Positions 9,201 to 15,989 of a stretch of 64,000 nt of DNA are shown here, one piece after another. Under the pieces are notes generated by a model. The model was given only the letters and a program-made list of their open reading frames with translations, was not told where the DNA came from and did not search any database. The position numbers and the translations under genes were made by a program. Source of the stretch: Euryarchaeota archaeon UBA256. GTDB lineage: Archaea > Thermoplasmatota > Poseidoniia > Poseidoniales > Poseidoniaceae. Where the stretch lies: positions 7,471 to 71,470 of the forward strand of contig DACE01000031.1 in the NCBI GenBank assembly GCA_002494645.1. The letters run 5' to 3'. How positions within the stretch are numbered: position 1 is the stretch's first letter; each line of letters begins with the position of its first letter.

Positions 9201-11570
9201 ACGACCATTCAAGTGATGTTTGAAAATCTTGGCATGGCTGAAGCGAATGGAACACTCATCGCTCAAACAGTGCAGGGTAACACCATCTTGAATCAAACCT
9301 CAATATATCTTCCAGCAGGTGACCAAGTAGGAAGTCGAGCCATCATCAACCTCACCATCGTTCCTGTCGATTCAGGTTACCTCGATTTGAGGATTCGTTA
9401 TGTGAACGCAAGTCCTGAACAGGATTTTTCTAATAATTTACAGTCGATGACCCTCATCGTTAACGCCCCGCCAACGCTCTTGGACGCTTATTGCAGTGCT
9501 TCTTCCATCAGCAGAGGCGCCTACACCATCTGTACCATTGAGGCCACCGATGATACCAATGTAACCGCTGCACAATTAGAATGGCAGCTCCTGTCAGGAA
9601 ATGAAAGCCTGAATGAGAGCCATTGGAACATGCTGCAAATGGGTGATATCGGGCAGGATAAATGGGAAACTTCTCTGGTCGTTCCTTCGAATTCAACACT
9701 CGGGAACATCACCCTTCGGGCGACGGTCGTCGACCTGCAAGGGATGAGTGTCACGCGATTATTTGCTAATGTATCGCGAGTCGTTGACGCCCCCGCGGAG
9801 TGGTTTGGACCCCATGCTTCGGGCGTCGATGATACCGCATGGAATAAAGCGTCTCAACTCCCCAACAGGCCGAATCAAGGACTCTATCGCCACCTTGATT
9901 CAATGCTAACCGCTTGCGTTCAAGACGCTGATTACAACGTAGACCAGCCTCTACCGCTCATGTTGTCATCACGAGGGAGCATCAGCAACGTAAGTTATGC
10001 ACCCCAAACTGTACCGAACCTGTATTGCTACACGGCGCAATTCTCTCTTGAAGAAGGAAGTGGTTTAGAGGACGTTGAATTCCAAGTTCGCACTACAGAT
10101 GGAAGCCTCTTATTGCAGCGGACATTGAGAGTGAATGACCGTTCACCAGTCCTCTCTATGCATCTTGAAGACAGTGACGGAACCCCGCTTGACCGAGTTG
10201 TTGGAAACGGTAATGAATACGTAGTCATCGGCGTCAGCGACATTGATGACCCTCAAACGGCATTTGTTGGCGACCTCAGTGTACAGTGGCCAGGGGGCCA
10301 AAGCATCCAGCTTCCTCTCGACATTCAAGTCGGACAATCCAGAGCAGTCATTCAACTCAACCAAGTGGTCTCAACCCTTGAGGCGGGAGAGTTAGCACTC
10401 CAAGTCAACGGGATTGGTCAAAACGCTGCTACCGCATCAGCAAGTTTGACCTTGCCCTTTATTCTCACACCACCCGATGTTCGTTTCATTGAGGCTTGTG
10501 ACGCTTATGGGCCCGTAGAGGCCATGACATTCGGACAAACTGCCACCCTATTGGTCGGCGTTACCAGTGACCGCCCGCTCGCCAGCGTCACAGCACAATT
10601 GACACAGATCGGTTGGGCCGTGAGTGCTCCCTCGGTTGAGACACCTGTATGGGATGAAGCAGATATTCCTGAAGCATGCAATACATCATCGCACGGCGAG
10701 GATGTTATTTGGTTCATGTTCAGATTAAAACTTGACAATTCCCTTACCGATGGTGAAGGCAACGTGCTTGTTTCCGTGCGCGACGTTGAAGGATTGGTCA
10801 AATCCGTAACCATCGATATGATGTTCCAACACGCACCGACCTTCATTGAGAATGTAGAAACATCCTCAGCAGTGCCTCTTGAGGACCTTTATCTCAACGC
10901 CACCATCACGGACTTGGACGGTCTCCACCGAGTCACCTGTTCCTTCCAACTCTACGACCAATCTGGCGTCCTACTTACGCAATCGGTGAAAACAGCAGGC
11001 GAAGATACGCAATTCTCGAATACGCTCCTGTGGCAGTACCCTATACCTGGTGCTTTAGCGAATTCCACGCTGGCTGCGAACATTACATGTGTTGATGAAT
11101 TACAAGCCTCCTTCCAGCACCAGGAAGAGTTTGATGTCGGGCCGCTTGATGCGTGCATCACATGCAATACTACCGGTCAGGATTCCCAAGTGGAAACAAC
11201 GGCAACAGGCGGGGAGTCTTTCCTTCCTGTTTTCATCGTCTTCATGGTGCTCATCGTAATCGCCTCAATGGTCATCGTGCGTCGCCAAAACAATCGTGGT
11301 CGAGCCTTTGATTCCGAATGGGGTGAACACGAGGGTGTTGAAGATCATTCCATTGAAGACCTCTTCAATCTAAATGAAGAGGATGACGCTTTGCCAGCCC
11401 CATCCAATGACACAATGCCCGAATACATACCAGAAGGATGGACGCTGGAACAGTATCGCACCTGGATGGAGGGGCCGTGTCCTGAGGGGTGGGGAGAAGA
11501 ACAATGGTTGGACTATGTAGAGACCCATACTCAGTTGCTTGATGAGCACAATGCTTCAACGCAAGAGTGA
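6279..11570 (+). CDS. giant surface glycoprotein: signal peptide, PA14 domain, LamG/ConA-like lectin domain, CARDB/Ig-like repeats, C-terminal TM anchor and acidic tail
   Basis: Signal peptide is MTTKSAIVAVVLLFCSTLPLTTL. PA14-like region is about nt 7401-7853 (YAEYFDN...WGARFSGLIDVPDSGNWTFYLNSDDGSELWMNG...FRIEFFQGGGPHGLILSWEG). LamG_3-like region is about nt 7881-8468 (SWQFEE...LWFDGSNDYAQV...KIDNLLIWDRAI). TM is FLPVFIVFMVLIVIASMVIV (about 11221-11280). Many N-x-S/T sequons. Confidence 0.85.
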   Translation: MTTKSAIVAVVLLFCSTLPLTTLTSSENASELEASSSTFFDGFFVGHNEDVWNATPWPTIAVPEGFTYNSVIDYSDVGVLINNLSDESRTIGWAFVAARNISLDRVFIFNESGTPTKETINRDQFETYFATPFLEMLQNRSSASGVNYLVTTKGIPLRVSGGNDKASFDQELALLGGAYNSSIGGNYWIQHDYGPLAGKAMEPFKRSKYGFFLVTRLTGYTVDTALELIERANQSLGQRGEFVLDLATNRNGSGYKFWNDDLYTANTTLNGSMGLPVTFDEESEFLTNVSNVMGYASWGSNDGNWNKNYLPNGGFDTTDSSWQSGSRYWNSSAPTVAVGDSFSWAYQTSTKQGGNGAFEAAIGTACQQDSGDMMQGVYAEYFDNAGVSFSTASMPLLIDRTPDHVRIEPHLSHGSSNNPYSGLDNRFKQDWGARFSGLIDVPDSGNWTFYLNSDDGSELWMNGASLIQNYGSHGMREYSAVVNLSSGMHDFRIEFFQGGGPHGLILSWEGPNTSKSSIPASAFYVANNDLPEVDALIHSWQFEEATGSQANDSMANGSNFTLNGMDNSNWRSCLDGSCLWFDGSNDYAQVNVDDWVGNFTVSQWVWANTTNQSAYASTFAIDDNAGSNQSFQHMVSGGKWYLHNNQSRSFGDVIAQRWTHLVTVYDGGETRQYMDGVLVNTNTYPNGSFNNIDLYKLGVNRAGSSFFEGKIDNLLIWDRAIDNSSITSLRRSIVDNCSTYSGHGTDVASLETEYPIPSNFTSHAWVIYGYGKRAGDVYGAFDIVVDALDVNGNVLSSNTSASEAFTTSWASETMRFRPHADAVTLRVTFSVDIVPTSTGGSLFVDSAVLRVIRPHMDWVNGSIADTAVSTGGRSFNWGTAYGQSLIADLLEDGVSGVKGYVYEPYLTAVGMPSILHPSYASGYNLAESHAAANRISGWMGVVVGDPKMAAYADIFHDVNIVDVRSDGYVNQGENTTIQVMFENLGMAEANGTLIAQTVQGNTILNQTSIYLPAGDQVGSRAIINLTIVPVDSGYLDLRIRYVNASPEQDFSNNLQSMTLIVNAPPTLLDAYCSASSISRGAYTICTIEATDDTNVTAAQLEWQLLSGNESLNESHWNMLQMGDIGQDKWETSLVVPSNSTLGNITLRATVVDLQGMSVTRLFANVSRVVDAPAEWFGPHASGVDDTAWNKASQLPNRPNQGLYRHLDSMLTACVQDADYNVDQPLPLMLSSRGSISNVSYAPQTVPNLYCYTAQFSLEEGSGLEDVEFQVRTTDGSLLLQRTLRVNDRSPVLSMHLEDSDGTPLDRVVGNGNEYVVIGVSDIDDPQTAFVGDLSVQWPGGQSIQLPLDIQVGQSRAVIQLNQVVSTLEAGELALQVNGIGQNAATASASLTLPFILTPPDVRFIEACDAYGPVEAMTFGQTATLLVGVTSDRPLASVTAQLTQIGWAVSAPSVETPVWDEADIPEACNTSSHGEDVIWFMFRLKLDNSLTDGEGNVLVSVRDVEGLVKSVTIDMMFQHAPTFIENVETSSAVPLEDLYLNATITDLDGLHRVTCSFQLYDQSGVLLTQSVKTAGEDTQFSNTLLWQYPIPGALANSTLAANITCVDELQASFQHQEEFDVGPLDACITCNTTGQDSQVETTATGGESFLPVFIVFMVLIVIASMVIVRRQNNRGRAFDSEWGEHEGVEDHSIEDLFNLNEEDDALPAPSNDTMPEYIPEGWTLEQYRTWMEGPCPEGWGEEQWLDYVETHTQLLDEHNASTQE

Positions 11571-11602
11571 TGAGACCTCGGCATTTGGTAGCATATGTTC
11601 CC

Positions 11603-11836
11603 ATGGCCGTCGGATATGTACTCATCAATGTCAAACCAGGTAGTGAGCAAGCCGTTCACGCGAAAGTAAGTGTTTTGCCTCATGTTTGTGATGCAACGGT
11701 GTTGTTTGGCGACCATGATCTCATCGTGAAGTTGGAGGCCGAGAACTTAGCCACGATTGCAAAAGCAGTTGTTCAACATATTCGGAGCGTCGAGGGGGTT
11801 CTCGAAACCAAGACGCTTGCCGGTGCTGATTTTTAG
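11603..11836 (+). CDS. stand-alone Lrp/AsnC ligand-binding (RAM) domain protein
   Basis: MAVGYVLINVKPGSEQAVHAKVSVLPHVCDATVLFGDHDLIVKLEAENLATIAKAVVQHIRSVEGVLETKT follows the AsnC_trans_reg pattern (strand, helix, V.EV..VTG.YD). About 77 aa. Confidence 0.6.
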   Translation: MAVGYVLINVKPGSEQAVHAKVSVLPHVCDATVLFGDHDLIVKLEAENLATIAKAVVQHIRSVEGVLETKTLAGADF

Positions 11837-11934
11837 GATTCAAAACCGACTGCTTGCGCCCCAATAGGGCGAAAAAGAGCCTTTGGAAAGGGGGACTGAG
11901 CGGCATATGTGGCGCAGTATTGCCTTTTTTCGGG

Positions 11935-11948
11935 AAAAGTATTATATG
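11935..11948 (+). promoter_or_regulatory. candidate BRE/TATA box for the MC1 gene
   Basis: AAAAGTATTATATG lies about 40 nt upstream of ATG 11984. GGAGGA (11971-11976) is a Shine-Dalgarno-like element 7 nt before the ATG. Confidence 0.4.
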
Positions 11949-11983
11949 CTCAATGGGATAAGGGCGAATTGGAGGATATCCAA

Positions 11984-12250
11984 ATGTCAGACGGAAAGAA
12001 ATACTTCGTTCTCATGGAGAACGGAAAAGATACGAGCCAAGTATTTGCGAGCAAACAACCCCGTGGTGCGGCCCTCAAGGCTGCAACCCGCGGCCACACG
12101 AGCATCCGCCTACGAGAGCGTGGCACCAAGCGTGTTCACATCTTCACGGGCAGCATCTCGATGGTGGACAAACCTGCTGGTGGACCAGCTTGGCTCCCAG
12201 ACAAGATCAAGAAGGCCAACGTCAAGAAGCAAGGCATCGAGCACCTTTGA
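11984..12250 (+). CDS. archaeal chromatin protein MC1
   Basis: MSDGKKYFVLMENGKDTSQVFASKQPRGAALKAATRG...IRLRERGTKRVHIFTG...PAWLPDKIKKANVKKQGIEHL matches the MC1 family pattern as I remember it (FVL..., KQPRQAALKAANRG, LRERGTKKVHVF, P.W.P.KI.K..VKK). Confidence 0.8.
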   Translation: MSDGKKYFVLMENGKDTSQVFASKQPRGAALKAATRGHTSIRLRERGTKRVHIFTGSISMVDKPAGGPAWLPDKIKKANVKKQGIEHL

Positions 12251-12298
12251 GTGCTGCCGTGCTTTTGCACCTTCTTCCAACTCTCTGAGTTGTACAAC

Positions 12299-12330
12299 GG
12301 CCTTATGTGCGCTACGGCGCACATACGGCC
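12299..12330. other. 32-bp GC-rich palindrome / hairpin with UACG tetraloop
   Basis: GGCCTTATGTGCGC-TACG-GCGCACATACGGCC forms a 13-bp stem with one mismatch (t12303/c12326), closed as C(UACG)G. It can also be read as 11-6-11 (CCTTATGTGCG CTACGG CGCACATACGG). It lies 50 nt after the MC1 stop and 155 nt before the xerA start. Confidence 0.5.
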
Positions 12331-12482
12331 CTCAAATTCATACCCGCTTTCTAACAAGGCACTCTTCTCAGGGGTGGGTTTCACCAAGTCCAACGATGGC
12401 TTGATAAAGAGAACCCATCATGTGCTGATGTCCTCAGGGACACGGGATGCACACCCGCTTCGGCGGGAGGCGGTGACGCCAG

Positions 12483-13571
12483 ATGAGAGAACGAGAAACG
12501 CGAACGCCACAACCAAAGGCGGCAAAGCCAAGTCAACGTCGCCTTGTTGATAATCGTGAACTCCAACTTCCCGCTCGCTTGACCCACCTGCGACATTTGC
12601 CGTGGATTGGATGCTATGAGCGCCAATTACAGGCTGAAAACAAATCTGTTAACACACAAAAATCATACTTCTATGGACTTCGCCATTTGATTGAAACGCC
12701 ACTTCCCAGCGAAGATATCTTGGATGAAGCCAACTACACTTCAATCTCCATCGAATCCCTTGCTGAACGCATGGAGCCAATGAATGGCCGTCTCGACCTG
12801 TGGGCGCATTCCATCGCAGGACTGCGACCTACAACCTACAACGCCCGGCTTGCTGCGGCACGTCATCTCATTCGTTGGCTGGGATTAACCTGGCCAGACC
12901 ACCTGCAGCGTGCCCGAACTGGGAAGCGACTACCTCGTACACTCACTCGACGGGAGCTGACCTCTGTTCTCGAGGCCGCTGCACGAAGCGAAAATCCCGC
13001 AACATCACTGATGGTCACCATGATGCTGGACACGGGAATGCGGGTGAGCGAAGTCTGTGGGCTCAACCTTGAGGACATTGATTTTGACGATGCCTCGGCT
13101 CGAATCTTAGGCGGCAAAGGGGATAAAGATCGTATGGTGCTTTTCACCCAGCGGACCATTGAACGATTGACGGCATGGCTTCCTATCCGTGGACTCCTTA
13201 CCGACGCAGAATCTGGCCCCTGTTTCATCAACCGCCGTGGGCGGCGTGTTCAGCCGAGAGGCGTACAACGAATGATGGATGCACTGGCGGGTGAATCAGG
13301 GCTTCCAAAAGGGAAATTAACGCCTCACGTCCTGCGACATAATTTTGCTACAGGGCTACTCGAACGGGGAGCTGACCTCGTCACCATCCAGCGACTCATG
13401 GGCCACGCAACGATCGCGACGACGCGCGTTTATCTCGAGATCTCAGATCAAACATTGCGAGAGGTCTATCATCGTGCTCAAGCGCTTCGTGAAAACATGG
13501 ATGAGGAGCACCTCGCACAGACCCCGCTTGAAGAAACGACGCCTTCAACCAGTTCCAGCGGAATCCGTTGA
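12483..13571 (+). CDS. xerA: tyrosine recombinase XerA (XerC/D family)
   Basis: N-terminal SAM-like core-binding region (NTQKSYFYGLRHLI). Catalytic-domain motifs are MLDTGMRVSEVCGLNLEDID (Arg I), LTPHVLRHNFATGLLERGADLVTIQRLMGHATIATTRVYLEIS (H-x-x-R, H, Tyr). Confidence 0.85.
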   Translation: MRERETRTPQPKAAKPSQRRLVDNRELQLPARLTHLRHLPWIGCYERQLQAENKSVNTQKSYFYGLRHLIETPLPSEDILDEANYTSISIESLAERMEPMNGRLDLWAHSIAGLRPTTYNARLAAARHLIRWLGLTWPDHLQRARTGKRLPRTLTRRELTSVLEAAARSENPATSLMVTMMLDTGMRVSEVCGLNLEDIDFDDASARILGGKGDKDRMVLFTQRTIERLTAWLPIRGLLTDAESGPCFINRRGRRVQPRGVQRMMDALAGESGLPKGKLTPHVLRHNFATGLLERGADLVTIQRLMGHATIATTRVYLEISDQTLREVYHRAQALRENMDEEHLAQTPLEETTPSTSSSGIR

Positions 13572-13585
13572 ACTCATGAAGTTCC

Positions 13586-13591
13586 TTTTTT
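13586..13591 (+). terminator. oligo-T tract, candidate archaeal terminator for xerA
   Basis: A T6 run begins 15 nt downstream of the xerA stop codon (13569-13571). Confidence 0.35.
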
Positions 13592-13799
13592 CCTCTTGGA
13601 AATTCGCTCAGGTCCGGACCAGCCACGATTGGGATGGATTCCCTGCCCTTGGTGGCCGTCAATCGGACAGTATTTTCCCGAACGGCATCGAGAACAATTT
13701 CCTTTCGGGGGAAGTTCAACATTTTTACGAAGACGACCGTATTTTCGTCTTGGCATATCCAACGCTTTGTCAAGGCAGTCTTCAATTCTAACGGTGGAT

Positions 13800-14273
13800 T
13801 CAGCGCTTTTTGAACCAAGGCATGTCCTTCACCGAGCGTGGGACTTTGATGGTGTCACCCTTTCTGTCGTCTTCTTTTTTGGTTTTTAGAGAGGTGGTTG
13901 TCGTTGTATTTTCAACAACCTTCTCGGCGGCTTTTTGGCTCTTTTCCATCACTTTTTGCGTTGCTTTCTTGCTTGCTGCTTTTGCTTTTTGAGCAGTTTT
14001 CTTCGTTTTAGAAGCCGCTTTCTTGGCGGAGGATTTCGCTTTTTCTTTTGATGATGCAGCCGCTTTTTTGACCGTTGATGCGGCCTTCGCAGCCTTGAGA
14101 ACGTTGCTGGCAACTGCAACACTCAGCCCAGCCTTTTGCAATTTACTTGGTGTGGCTTTAGCAACCAGACCGATGCTTGTTAATTTTGCAGCCTTCAACT
14201 TCTTGGCTGTAGCCGCCCCTACGCCAGGGAGGGAAGTGAGGTCATCATTTTTTGAAGTGGCTTTGTCGGTCAT
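13800..14273 (-). CDS. helix-hairpin-helix DNA-binding protein with Lys/Ala-rich (histone H1-like) tail
   Basis: LTSLPGVGAATAKKLKAAKLTSIGLVAKATPSKLQKAGL is a tandem HhH. It is followed by about 70 aa of K/A/S low complexity (KAAKAASTVKKAAASSKEKAKSSAKKAASKTKKTAQKAKAASKKA). ATG 14273 is preceded by GGTGGAG. The ORF is open from 14396. Confidence 0.6.
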   Translation of the reverse strand: MTDKATSKNDDLTSLPGVGAATAKKLKAAKLTSIGLVAKATPSKLQKAGLSVAVASNVLKAAKAASTVKKAAASSKEKAKSSAKKAASKTKKTAQKAKAASKKATQKVMEKSQKAAEKVVENTTTTTSLKTKKEDDRKGDTIKVPRSVKDMPWFKKR

Positions 14274-14418
14274 GTCTCCACCGTTTACCCCTTGGCTTAC
14301 GTATTCCTTGAACCTTCCTGCCTTCGTGCATGAACTCATGGATGCGGTTTCTTCATCACCGTGATGAACATGGGATGGACAGGACGGATGGGGCATTCGT
14401 CCACCTCAAGTGAAACCC

Positions 14419-15303
14419 ATGGAAACGCTTCTTGACCCCGATTTGTCTGTATTAGTTGCCCAAGTGAGGTCTGCGGAGGCTTCGCACACCATGGATACTG
14501 AGCATTTGCTTCTCCGCGGAAGGCATTTTACAGGACCCAATAAGGTCGTCTATCTCGGGAATGTTGCAACAGCATTACTGGCACAATTACCGCACCCTGA
14601 TACCCCACGATTTCTTGAGCCCACTGGATTCAATGAGCAACGTTGGACCATAGAAACGACCAGTGGTGCACTGGAAGTCCGAATTGATTCGAAAGCCTAC
14701 TGGGCCTTTGGCTTGGTGACTTCGGGATACCTGAACATCATCACGCTCAAAGGACCTCTGCACCTACGGGCTCGCTTGATTTTTGATACGGTCAGTTCAT
14801 TGGGCCATCGCCCGTGGGAATTTTCCCACTGGCGTTCGTTGAACCGCTTCCTGCTGAAGCACGCCCCACAGGTCACGAGTAAAAGCAACGAATTACACTG
14901 GAAGAACTTGGTTGAGGCTGCGCGCCAGGCACTGTCCGATCAAATCGCAAGTATGGCCTCACGCTCTGAAGAAATTATGAAATTGGGAGAAGAACATGAC
15001 GGCTTTGAAGCATGGTGCCTTGCCATTCAAGACGATGTACACATGGCTCAGCAAGCCCTTGCCGAAGATAACGGACCGGGTGTTGAGCGAGCGCTCGCGC
15101 GGTTAGAAGCGAGTCTCATTCAACTTGACCCTCGTCTTGAATCGCCTCATGTTGACGCCCCTATGGAACGCTTCGCAACTGAGCTGGAACTTGGAGGTGG
15201 TCTCGCCGTTAGCGGGGTCATCTCCCCCACTGAATTAGCGCAGGATGAAAGCATTCCATTTGTCGACCTTTCCTCTCCTTCGCCTGAGGAAGAAGAGCAG
15301 TAG
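14419..15303 (+). CDS. hypothetical protein (acidic C-terminus)
   Basis: Lies within ORF 14410..15303. ATG at 14419. No recognisable motif. Divergent from the HhH gene. Confidence 0.5.
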   Translation: METLLDPDLSVLVAQVRSAEASHTMDTEHLLLRGRHFTGPNKVVYLGNVATALLAQLPHPDTPRFLEPTGFNEQRWTIETTSGALEVRIDSKAYWAFGLVTSGYLNIITLKGPLHLRARLIFDTVSSLGHRPWEFSHWRSLNRFLLKHAPQVTSKSNELHWKNLVEAARQALSDQIASMASRSEEIMKLGEEHDGFEAWCLAIQDDVHMAQQALAEDNGPGVERALARLEASLIQLDPRLESPHVDAPMERFATELELGGGLAVSGVISPTELAQDESIPFVDLSSPSPEEEEQ

Positions 15304-15353
15304 ACCGCGCGTCGCGTTCATAAGGGGGAGGGCTCTCGCAGAGAACGGTCCAC

Positions 15354-15545
15354 ATGGCAGCAAAGAAGAAAAACGACGGCAGTGGTATCCAGCAAGCTGC
15401 TGGATTGATTCGTTATTTCGACGAAGAGTCTGAGGACTCATGGAAGATTACCCCCGGGCAAGTTTACTTTGCGTGTATCTTCCTTTCAGGGTTCTTTTAT
15501 CTCGTCAATCAAGGCGTTGTACAAGCCATATGGAACCTTTTCTGA
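15354..15545 (+). CDS. secG: preprotein translocase subunit Sec61beta (archaeal SecG)
   Basis: 63 aa. AAGLIRYFDEE followed by a single C-terminal TM (VYFACIFLSGFFYLV) is the Sec61beta signature. Confidence 0.75.
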   Translation: MAAKKKNDGSGIQQAAGLIRYFDEESEDSWKITPGQVYFACIFLSGFFYLVNQGVVQAIWNLF

Positions 15546-15547
15546 TT

Positions 15548-15937
15548 TCAGAGAGGTTGGATGAGAATAACGCGTTGGTCGTATTCGGCCATGCATTTTG
15601 CAACCTCAACGGCCGTTGAAAAATTTTCAGTGACGCCGATGACCGTACTGCTGCTTTCACCCTGAACAACCAATTGGTGAGAGAGGCTTTGGAGCGTTTC
15701 CTCATCAATTCGCTCAAAGACCCAATGCTCGTTTTCGATGCGCACCAACGATGGCACCTCGACAGAGGGTCCCATCGTTTGAACAGAACGCTTTGCACGG
15801 GATGTCAATGATTGAAGGTCTCGAACTGGTTGCCAGATTCGTCGACGAAGTGGCATTCTTACTTTTTTTGTTGATTCAACGCCTGCGCGGAAAGCTCGTG
15901 CCATAAGGGTCCCATCCCTGAAATCCGGAGATTTCAT
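15548..15937 (-). CDS. hypothetical protein
   Basis: Lies within ORF 15548..16036. ATG 15937 avoids overlap with the upstream membrane protein gene, which ends at 15990. No motif recognised. Confidence 0.35.
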   Translation of the reverse strand: MKSPDFRDGTLMARAFRAGVESTKKVRMPLRRRIWQPVRDLQSLTSRAKRSVQTMGPSVEVPSLVRIENEHWVFERIDEETLQSLSHQLVVQGESSSTVIGVTENFSTAVEVAKCMAEYDQRVILIQPL

Positions 15938-15989
15938 TTCGTGGCTTCTTTGTTCCGCTAATAAGAACCGCGACGATTGTAATGGTAAT

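Noticed and set aside
11883-12404. 173-aa ORF overlapping the MC1 gene in another frame, and ORFs 12110..12322 (-) and 12136..12393 (-).
   Set aside because: The MC1 frame has an unmistakable family signature, a TATA box and a Shine-Dalgarno element. The overlapping frames are Arg/Ser-rich with no motifs.
12421-12495. Possible C/D box sRNA (CUGAUGU … UGACG … AGAUGAGA) upstream of xerA.
   Set aside because: The box sequences deviate from RUGAUGA/CUGA at key positions, and no terminal stem or K-turn arrangement could be drawn.
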